DNA of 18,036 bases from a virus. Location: the IMG/VR virus record IMGVR_UViG_3300045988_022824, positions 1-18,036 of that record; one strand, written 5' to 3'. Below, in pieces: positions 6,758 through 13,231 of this stretch. The translations under genes and the position numbers were made by a program. The notes under the pieces were generated by a model, which saw only the letters and a list, made by a program, of their open reading frames with translations, was not told where the DNA came from and ran no database searches. Positions within the stretch are counted from its first letter, which is position 1, and each line of letters starts with the position of its first letter.

Positions 6758-7552
6758 TTACTCCCATTCTCCATAATTATAGCAGTTACTGAAAATAGTA
6801 TCATACGACCCCCACACCTGCATGAAACACGGTTCGAGACTCCTCACGACTTCCATGTCCACGTTGATAATCGCCTGCCGGTACTCCTGTATCAGACTCA
6901 CGGCGCTCTGACTACGCCCGGTCACATGACTCCTGCCCTTGGAATTGCTTGAATCATGCTGGTAGTCGGTCGCGCTTTGCGCCGTGGTGTGGCTGGTTGA
7001 ATCCTGCGAACTGGACGCGGTGCCGGAACTGTCCGCCTGCGACTCGTTGGCATGGCTGGCGTAGCGGGAAAAATCGCCTTGCACGCCGGTCTGCGGCACG
7101 TCGCTATCGAAACTTCTCGACGTGGTGGTGCTGGAATTATCCGACTTGCTGGTGCTGTTGCTGGTGGAATCCTGCGTACTGGACGCCTTGCCCGACGACT
7201 GGGATTCACTGCCGTTCTCGCTGTCCGTCGTCATGTCCATAGAGTCCAGCGGGTTATATTCCATGTCCAATGTCCGATAGCGCTCATTGAAATACGGCAT
7301 GATTTCCGCCATAGTCATACCCAAGTAGAAGACGAACATCTGCGCGGTTTCCTGACCAATCTCCCTCAGCGCATAATGTCGGATGATTTTCTCATTCAAC
7401 TCCGCGCGGTGGTTCTCATCGTGAATCGGGTAATAGTCTGCGCTGAGATGTAGTTTAGTGTCCGTGTCGTAGCCCATGTTAATGAGGTTGCCGAGGGTTT
7501 CGGTGTACTCCCCCGGCGTTGTCATTGCATAGGCGCTGAAGTCCTGTGTCAC
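6758..7552 (-). CDS. Lower collar protein (phi29 gp11-like) with an S/T-rich C-terminal half
   Basis: The segment YPIHDENHRAELNEKIIRHYALREIGQETAQMFVFYLGMTMAEIMPYFNERYRTL matches the pattern I remember for Picovirinae lower collar proteins. It lies directly downstream of the portal gene. GTG at 7552 overlaps the portal TGA (GTGA), and ATG 7525 is an alternative. Confidence 0.7.
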   Translation of the reverse strand: MTQDFSAYAMTTPGEYTETLGNLINMGYDTDTKLHLSADYYPIHDENHRAELNEKIIRHYALREIGQETAQMFVFYLGMTMAEIMPYFNERYRTLDMEYNPLDSMDMTTDSENGSESQSSGKASSTQDSTSNSTSKSDNSSTTTSRSFDSDVPQTGVQGDFSRYASHANESQADSSGTASSSQDSTSHTTAQSATDYQHDSSNSKGRSHVTGRSQSAVSLIQEYRQAIINVDMEVVRSLEPCFMQVWGSYDTIFSNCYNYGEWE

Positions 7553-8499
7553 AACACACCTCCGATACCCGCATCATATGAGGCGGGCATGTCAATATCA
7601 GTAGTACCGCCGGCGCTGGAATCAAGCGCGTTGGGCACGCCGGAGCTTTGCGCGTCCGCATACTCAACCCAGATGTTCAATTGCGGCCACAATCGGTTAA
7701 TCTCGGTCGCCGCCGCCTGCCGTGCCTTAAGAAAACTCAACCGGAACACGTCCGTTTTCTCATTAGCCTGCGCCACCTCATCGGAAATAAGCCGTTCCTT
7801 TTTCTCGGTGCCGCTGGACTGGATGCCGAGATACCCCAGTACCTCGTTGGTCACTTGGGTTTTCTGCTGGATGAACTTGTCCAACAGATACGGCGTCGTG
7901 TTGGGCCACGGCTGGAACATGCTACCGGGGTCGAGCGAGACGTAGCCTATGATATAATCCTGACCATCCTGTCGCTGTTGCAACATGTTCTGCACGGTGA
8001 GCTTGGTGCGTGGGTCGGCGGTGATGATGGTCGGCAGTTTCAGACTCTCCAAGTTCACGTCATACGCCTTGTCGATATCCGCCAAGCGTCGCGCGTACTG
8101 CCATAGGATATCCTTGAAACTCATGCGCATACGATTATCCCAAATCGGGATGCACTCGCGGCCCGCCTTGAGTTGCTTGTAATGATAGTTGACGCCAACC
8201 GGCTCAAATGAGGTAGGATTATTGTACACGTTCAACCGGCCTTGATATCCGGCTTGTGTCACGAGGAACCTGCCGATACGCTTGTCCTCGAAGAACAACG
8301 CGCACCCGTATTCACAGAGACACATTTCCAACCATCGTTCATCCACGGTGGGCGGCAACCCCCGCCAACTGAACCGGTTCAACGCCAGTTCCGCCAGCAA
8401 ATGATAGTACATTGCATCAAGGTCGGCGGCGCGCGTTTTCGCGTAATTGCCACGCGGATGCAACGCGCCCCCGACCCTGTTTTTTCTAGACCTGCTCAT
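7549..8499 (-). CDS. Portal / upper collar connector protein (phi29 gp10-like)
   Basis: Colinear with remembered phi29 gp10: basic N-terminus MSRSRKNR; FSWRGLPPTVDERWLE versus FEWENLPPTINPSFLE; GTEKKERLISDEVAQANE versus LEKKERMVTDEVSSNDE. Similar length (316 aa). Confidence 0.9.
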   Translation of the reverse strand: MSRSRKNRVGGALHPRGNYAKTRAADLDAMYYHLLAELALNRFSWRGLPPTVDERWLEMCLCEYGCALFFEDKRIGRFLVTQAGYQGRLNVYNNPTSFEPVGVNYHYKQLKAGRECIPIWDNRMRMSFKDILWQYARRLADIDKAYDVNLESLKLPTIITADPRTKLTVQNMLQQRQDGQDYIIGYVSLDPGSMFQPWPNTTPYLLDKFIQQKTQVTNEVLGYLGIQSSGTEKKERLISDEVAQANEKTDVFRLSFLKARQAAATEINRLWPQLNIWVEYADAQSSGVPNALDSSAGGTTDIDMPASYDAGIGGVL

Positions 8500-8511
8500 A
8501 CTACCATCATA

Positions 8512-10839
8512 TCACTCATAGCTGATGCCCGGCAGTGGCTCATTATCCGCCCAGTCGGTCACACCAATATACTCGGGCTTGCTCCATACGGTCACACCCC
8601 GCTCGAACATGCCCTTGATAGTCAAGCGGTATTCCTCCGGCAGAGTGCCCCTCACATAAGCCCCCTGCATCTGCCAAAAAGTGAATTTCTCCATGCATTC
8701 CAACGAGGCGGGCGGGGTAATGAAACGTTGGACAAAATACCCATAGCGTAGCATGTACTCGCCTGCGGCCCTCAGAGCACTGGGGGCGCACGTCTTGAAC
8801 CTGACCAACACGCCCATGATGCCATTGCTCAGGTTGAACATGTCACCACCGAGCGCGCCCGAAGTGGTTGGCGGCGTCAACTGCATTTGCTGGACTTGCG
8901 CGTTGATTCCCGCAATGGCGTTCTGGTAGTCGCCTTGTGCGGCGTAGGCGGCCAGACCGTAATTGGCCTGTGAGGTGATGGCATTGAGTTGGTTGCCCAA
9001 TGCGGTTGCGCCGCTTGCATAGGCGTTCGCCTGTGAGGTTGATGCCGTATTGGTGGCAATCTGATTCGCCGTACTGGCCGCGGCGGTCGAGTTTGAAATC
9101 GCCGCCGAGGAATTGATGCCGTGGTTGGCTATGTCCATTTGCGCGGTGCCGAGGAACGCGCCGCCGATGGCGTTCGCCACCCCCAGCGGGTTACGAGAGG
9201 CAATGGCGTTCAGGCTGCCGCCGATGGCTCCCGCCATGCCATTGAGATTGTTGCTGCTGATGTTCTGCTGCACCTGCAAACCGGCCATCTGACTGGTTCG
9301 GTCCTGACTGATGGCAAGGGACTGGTTCAACGAGTTTGCCGCAATCGCATTGCTGGCGGTGCGGTTCTCGTTGCCCAAGTTGGTTTGCCGTGCGGCGTAT
9401 TCGCGTTGCCACATTGCGTTTGAATTGGCGACATCCGCGGACGCCAATGCTTTTTGTCGTGTCCATTGCGCGGATTCCTGAGCGTAGGCGCGGGTGTATG
9501 CACTGTTCGCCATAGCCAATGCGCCGCCGTTGTTGACAACGCTGAAATGAGGGAGGTTGGTGACGCCGAAGCTTGCGTTAAGCATTTCACCGCCGTCAAT
9601 CGGCAGACCACACCCCTGATTGTTGATTTGGAGTGGGGTCAGCGTGTCCGCTCCGGCCTCATTGTATCCGGGGATGTAGAAATTGATTCGTGTACCGGAC
9701 GGGGCATAGGTGTATGTTTCCCTGATAGTGAGGTTATCTGACTGGATATCCTCCGGTCGATAGTTGACTGTCGTGCCGTTGAGGCAACTGCATTCCACGA
9801 CGCAATAGGGATAGCAACGGAGTTTACGGAGGTTGCGGTAGCGTTGCGGGATATTGAAAAGACTTCTGAAATTGTCTACCGTCATGATATCCTCGTAACG
9901 CATGTCCGAGTCCACGCCGCTTTGGAAACCATAGACTCGTCCATGTTGCGCGTCAACCGACTGGCCGTAGATTTGTGTTACCTCCTGACCATAGCGGTTG
10001 ATGTAATCCTGTGGGATTTTCGGCACCATGTACACGGCGCAACTGCCTTGGGTAATCCACGGGTATGATGTGCCAGCCGCCATGATGTTCCATACGTAAC
10101 TCATTCGGGAGTCACAATAGTAGACATTGCATCCATCCGTCGCACCCTCGAATATGCTGCCCGTCGCCGTACTCAAATCGGGTTTCGACTCACTGCCGGG
10201 GGATTTGGTCAAATCCGTGGTGCTTACGATGATAACGCCATAATCAACCCAATTCAATCCACCATGCACGGTGTCCAAATGCTCCCCGGATATGATGGAA
10301 TGATACCGTTGCGCCGTCGTCACCATTTCACTGCCGGTGTCCAGACCCTCCGGCAGTGCCAGATAGGTGCGCCCGTAACCATTCCACTGGCGTTCATTGG
10401 CCACACCGATGTGACCACGGGTCACATAGCAACTGCCGAACGTGACATCATGCTGGAAACTCTGCCACACGTCCAGCATCAAAACCAGTTGCGTGCAATG
10501 GGCGTTGACGTATTCGACGCGCTGGATGAAGTAATACCATGCGCGCGGCCCCTCCAACCCGGGGTAATCATTGTAGGCCACCAGATAATTCCAGTTCGAC
10601 GCCTCATTAAATGGGAGTTCGACGCGGGCGGGCGCGTTGAAAATATGCATGGTGGCCGGACGGCATTCCACGCCATCCAGCTTGTCAAACCATTGTTCTT
10701 GTGTTTCACGTGAAACAAACCGCACTACATCCCGGTAGGATGCATCCCACGGGACACGGCAGAGTTTCAACGTGGTGTTTGGCGTCCATTCTGCCCATGA
10801 AAAATTAGCTTCTACGTAGGGGTTTGCGTCGTCAATCAT
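8512..10839 (-). CDS. Tail knob / distal tail tube protein (phi29 gp9-like)
   Basis: Track ORF 8512..10947 was trimmed to ATG 10839 (MIDDANPY...). GGAGG lies 7 nt upstream, and ATG 10845 is an alternative. The N-terminus LCRVPWDASYRDVVRFVSRETQEQWF resembles the gp9-type start. It sits between capsid and portal as in phi29. A long A/N/S/Q/G-rich insert spans about 8870..9510. Confidence 0.8.
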   Translation of the reverse strand: MIDDANPYVEANFSWAEWTPNTTLKLCRVPWDASYRDVVRFVSRETQEQWFDKLDGVECRPATMHIFNAPARVELPFNEASNWNYLVAYNDYPGLEGPRAWYYFIQRVEYVNAHCTQLVLMLDVWQSFQHDVTFGSCYVTRGHIGVANERQWNGYGRTYLALPEGLDTGSEMVTTAQRYHSIISGEHLDTVHGGLNWVDYGVIIVSTTDLTKSPGSESKPDLSTATGSIFEGATDGCNVYYCDSRMSYVWNIMAAGTSYPWITQGSCAVYMVPKIPQDYINRYGQEVTQIYGQSVDAQHGRVYGFQSGVDSDMRYEDIMTVDNFRSLFNIPQRYRNLRKLRCYPYCVVECSCLNGTTVNYRPEDIQSDNLTIRETYTYAPSGTRINFYIPGYNEAGADTLTPLQINNQGCGLPIDGGEMLNASFGVTNLPHFSVVNNGGALAMANSAYTRAYAQESAQWTRQKALASADVANSNAMWQREYAARQTNLGNENRTASNAIAANSLNQSLAISQDRTSQMAGLQVQQNISSNNLNGMAGAIGGSLNAIASRNPLGVANAIGGAFLGTAQMDIANHGINSSAAISNSTAAASTANQIATNTASTSQANAYASGATALGNQLNAITSQANYGLAAYAAQGDYQNAIAGINAQVQQMQLTPPTTSGALGGDMFNLSNGIMGVLVRFKTCAPSALRAAGEYMLRYGYFVQRFITPPASLECMEKFTFWQMQGAYVRGTLPEEYRLTIKGMFERGVTVWSKPEYIGVTDWADNEPLPGISYE
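10702..10717. repeat. Perfect 16-bp palindrome TGTTTCACGTGAAACA (copy 1 of 3 of the core GTTTCACGTGAAAC)
   Basis: Read directly from the sequence. It lies inside the tail knob gene, where it encodes F-V-S-R-E-T on the minus strand. Confidence 0.95.
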
Positions 10840-10858
10840 TGTCATGCCTCCGGTACGG

Positions 10859-10899
10859 CAAGGCCCGGAGCGCTCACGTGGGTTGCGCTCCGGGCCTTG
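10859..10899 (-). terminator. Perfect 15-bp stem-loop just downstream of the capsid gene (possible partial terminator or mRNA stabiliser)
   Basis: CAAGGCCCGGAGCGC-TCACGTGGGTT-GCGCTCCGGGCCTTG. A second 8-9-bp hairpin (GAGAGAGT...ACTCTCTC) lies at about 10916..10946. No U-tract is present. It lies between the capsid stop (10952) and the tail knob start. Confidence 0.5.
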
Positions 10900-10951
10900 T
10901 ATTGCATCTCGCCGTGAGAGAGAGTAGCCAACCGGCCACTCTCTCATTATA

Positions 10952-12067
10952 TCACGCGGTCACGGTCACATTCTTCCTGCCGGATACGCCAAACAGCGTG
11001 GCGGTGATATCAGACGTGCCCTGCTTGACACCCTCGACGACACCCGACTCGGACACTGTGGCGTTGGCCGGGGTGCCGGACGTCCATGCGGCTTGCGCGG
11101 TCACGTCGGCGGTTCGCCCGTCAATCATGGTCGCCGTAGCGGTCGCCTGCGCCGTATGACCCGTGGCCACATTCGAGACGTTGACGGCAATCGATGCGAT
11201 AATCGACGGATTAAATCCGATAACACCCTCGCCAACCACCGGCACGTCCAAGGCGGCGGACACGGTGCCCGGCACCTCCGGTGTCGCCGGATTCGTGTAT
11301 AGGGCGGTCGCCGTCACCGGGATAGTGGTGTTCGGTTCGTCGAGACCGACGACCAGCACGCCGGTGGGTGAAATATACGTGTAATCACTCTTCGGCTTAA
11401 CGGTGTCTCCGATGGCGTACTCAACCGCATTCGACCGGAACGTAGCCGTGCCATCGTTGGAGATGGTCGTATCGGCAGTGACCTGCACCGCACCGCCACG
11501 CGCCACGTCCGACGGCGTGGTCGTGCCACCGCCGTACATGGTGAGCTTAAGTTCAAAGGTCGGCGTCTTGGCCGTCGTTCCGGTCGGTGCCGCCATCTTG
11601 GCGGTGGAGCCCGCTCCGGTCCAGAACATGACGGCGGGGGCGAAGCCGGACACGCTGATGATGTGCTGGACGTGCAGGTAATGGTTGACCGAGTTGATGT
11701 TCACCGGGTTGGTCTGCTGGGTCATCTCATTGATAACGGGAATATCAATGAGGAATTTGTCGGTGGTGAGGATGGCTTGCACGCCGTCCATGCCGAACCT
11801 GTCTTGTGGGATTACGATAATCCGGTCGATGGTCGGTTCCGCGTCCGTACGCTGGAACACGGTCGCGAGGCCCTGCACGTCAAGCGCGGACTTGACTTCA
11901 GGGGAGCAGAACAGTACGAGTTCGTCCGGGCGGGCGAACGTCGGCATGTGACGCGCGTTATACCGGGTGGATACGAATTTCAGCGTGTCCGCCCATGCTC
12001 GAATCTGGCGCAACATGTCGCGGGCGTCGGTTTCCGTCGAACCCATGTCGTTAAGGTCATGGTTCAT
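10952..12067 (-). CDS. Major capsid protein, C-terminal portion (phi29 gp8-like HK97-fold part plus C-terminal Big_2-type Ig-like domain)
   Basis: Colinear with the second half of remembered phi29 gp8 (e.g. HYLHVQHIISVSGFAPAVMF versus YYHVWQTLSVSRFANAVAF). The C-terminus VTAQAAWTSGTPANATVSESGVVEGVKQGTSDITATLFGVSGRKNVTVT is Big_2-like. This ORF is in the same frame as track ORF 12077..12382, separated only by a TAG and three codons. Confidence 0.85.
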   Translation of the reverse strand: MNHDLNDMGSTETDARDMLRQIRAWADTLKFVSTRYNARHMPTFARPDELVLFCSPEVKSALDVQGLATVFQRTDAEPTIDRIIVIPQDRFGMDGVQAILTTDKFLIDIPVINEMTQQTNPVNINSVNHYLHVQHIISVSGFAPAVMFWTGAGSTAKMAAPTGTTAKTPTFELKLTMYGGGTTTPSDVARGGAVQVTADTTISNDGTATFRSNAVEYAIGDTVKPKSDYTYISPTGVLVVGLDEPNTTIPVTATALYTNPATPEVPGTVSAALDVPVVGEGVIGFNPSIIASIAVNVSNVATGHTAQATATATMIDGRTADVTAQAAWTSGTPANATVSESGVVEGVKQGTSDITATLFGVSGRKNVTVTA

Positions 12068-12681
12068 ATGGACACGCTAGTAGCCGCCCAGCTTAGCATA
12101 CTCGACGAACTGGTGGCACATGGCCTCGAACAAGTCAACCTCGGCCGCATTGTAACAGGAGGTGAGAATCTGGGAGGTGAGCGAGGCCAGACCGTTTTCT
12201 GAGGTGAACGCGCGTTGTAGTGTCTTGTCGTCCGTGGTGGCGGGGTAGAAGTGGGCGAAGTCAAGACGGTGGTAGAGCTGTCCACGTCGATTTTCCACTT
12301 GCGGAAATTGTCCGCGCCCAAGTATTCCGCGTCGGGGTCGTACACCTGTGCGAGCGGCATACCTACGGCGATTTCCTGCCACGTATCACCATACGTCTGA
12401 GAGGCACGCTGGAACACGCCAAGAGGGTTGTTCCAACGCCATGTGTTCACGTAGGTGCCGCCGATACGGTTCACTAGCGCCGAGTAAAACTCGTTCTTCA
12501 ACTGGGTGGACGACATGAGGGTGGCCATCTGCCTGTCCATGTTCATTTGGGTGGCCGAGGGCATACGCCTCTGATATTCGGGGGATGCCTCGTTGCGAAT
12601 CATGTTGAGAATCTGCGCGTTGTTGAATTCGGTGAGCGGGCGCAACTGCTGTTTTGGCGTCACTACTGGAGTGGTTGGCAT
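12064..12681 (-). CDS. Major capsid protein, N-terminal portion (frame is lost after about codon 130)
   Basis: ATG at 12681 has AGGAAGGAA 8 nt upstream. The first ~130 aa align with the phi29 gp8 N-terminus (NMIRNEASPEYQRRMP..., NEFYSALVNRIGGTYVNTWRWNNPLGVF). After ...NFRKWK the translation turns into P/S/T/R-rich junk, while the homologous sequence continues in the -1 frame (track ORF 12077..12382: ENRRGQLYHRLDFAHFYP...YNAAEVDLFEAM...). Confidence 0.85.
   Translation of the reverse strand: MPTTPVVTPKQQLRPLTEFNNAQILNMIRNEASPEYQRRMPSATQMNMDRQMATLMSSTQLKNEFYSALVNRIGGTYVNTWRWNNPLGVFQRASQTYGDTWQEIAVGMPLAQVYDPDAEYLGADNFRKWKIDVDSSTTVLTSPTSTPPPRTTRHYNARSPQKTVWPRSPPRFSPPVTMRPRLTCSRPCATSSSSMLSWAATSVSI
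12077..12079 (-). other. In-frame TAG (amber) codon inside the capsid reading frame
   Basis: Minus-strand reading: ...GGC GGC TAC TAG CGT GTC CAT ATG AAC..., i.e. ...LGGY*RVHMNHDL..., with capsid homology on both sides. Confidence 0.9.
12291..12294 (-). other. Frame-change point in the capsid gene (A4 run in the mRNA sense)
   Basis: The minus-strand sequence AAG TGG AAA ATC GAC (frame A) has to become ...GAA AAT CGA CGT GGA CAG (frame B). One extra A in the run would give KWKNRRGQLYH and make the whole 10952..12681 span a multiple of three. Confidence 0.8.
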
Positions 12682-12703
12682 GATAATTATTCCTTCCTAA
12701 TCA

Positions 12704-13045
12704 CTAGTCTTCAAATAGGTCGTCGAACGTGGAATAGGTGCCGTTGTAGTCGTCGTCGGTCATTTCCGTGGCGTCCGGCCCCTCGTCGCCGTCCGGGCCG
12801 TCGTTCAGCACGTGGTCTGCGGCGGCGTCGCGCATTGCCTCAATGGTTTTGGATAGTTCCGCCACGGTCGCTTCCAAAGCGCTGAGACGGTTGGCCATGT
12901 CGGCGTCCTTGTCGTCGCCCGCATCCTCCGGTTCGGTGTCGTCCTGCGTTTCAGGCTCCGGGTTCGGCGTATTGTCGTCGGCGGTCGCGTCCGGTTCAAC
13001 GTCGGGCGTGGTGTCCGGCTTGTCGTCGGTTTCTGTGTCGTCCAT
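12704..13045 (-). CDS. Acidic helical protein, putative scaffolding protein (phi29 gp7 position)
   Basis: ATG at 13045 has AAGGGG 5 nt upstream (the track ORF starts at GTG 13051). The protein is 113 aa and extremely D/E/T-rich, with a central amphipathic helix (ANRLSALEATVAELSKTIEAMRDAAADH). It lies immediately upstream of the capsid gene. The stop is TAG followed by TGA. Confidence 0.55.
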   Translation of the reverse strand: MDDTETDDKPDTTPDVEPDATADDNTPNPEPETQDDTEPEDAGDDKDADMANRLSALEATVAELSKTIEAMRDAAADHVLNDGPDGDEGPDATEMTDDDYNGTYSTFDDLFED

Positions 13046-13051
13046 ATTCAC

Positions 13052-13093
13052 CCCTTAAAGGAAAAGGCACGGCGTCAATCACGACGCCGTGCC
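13052..13093 (-). terminator. Intrinsic terminator-like hairpin plus U-tract at the end of the replication module
   Basis: On the minus strand: GGCACGGCGTC-GTGATT-GACGCCGTGCC followed by TTTTCCTTT. The stem is a perfect 11 bp. The U-tract runs straight into the AAGGGG ribosome-binding site of the next gene. Confidence 0.65.
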
Positions 13094-13231
13094 GGATTGC
13101 TAGGCTGTGCGGGTTCCCTCGCCGTCGCTGGGCGCTGGCTACGCACGTCTACATCCGACCGAACCGCCTTACCGATTGCCTTACGGTCGGGCCACCGAAT
13201 CGACTTGGGACGCACACCCCGCTGTTAGTTA

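Noticed and set aside
8242-8751. Long plus-strand ORFs antisense to the structural genes (e.g. 8242..8751, 11663..12202, 15763..16239, 6105..6515, 7648..8106, 10264..10713)
   Set aside because: They are shadow ORFs opposite confidently assigned minus-strand genes. They have Arg/Gly/Val-rich low-information translations and no ribosome-binding sites.
10859-10946. Two hairpins after the capsid gene as a small RNA gene
   Set aside because: They lie in a spacer of about 100 nt immediately after a highly expressed gene, and no promoter-like element is present. A terminator or stabiliser role is the simpler reading.
12077-12079. Genome-wide TAG reassignment (alternative genetic code) as the explanation for the amber codon in the capsid gene
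   Set aside because: TAG sits at the natural C-terminal ends of four other genes (1961, 4725, 5752, 12704). One of these is followed by TGA and one by a terminator-like hairpin. No suppressor tRNA gene is visible, so global recoding is unlikely, although local readthrough is not excluded.
13046-13231. A tRNA (possibly a suppressor) in the long intergenic spacer
   Set aside because: I looked on both strands for a T-arm (GTTCRANYC flanked by complementary 5-bp stems) and an acceptor stem. GGTTCGGTC and GGTTCCCTC occur, but neither has the complementary stems or a cloverleaf.
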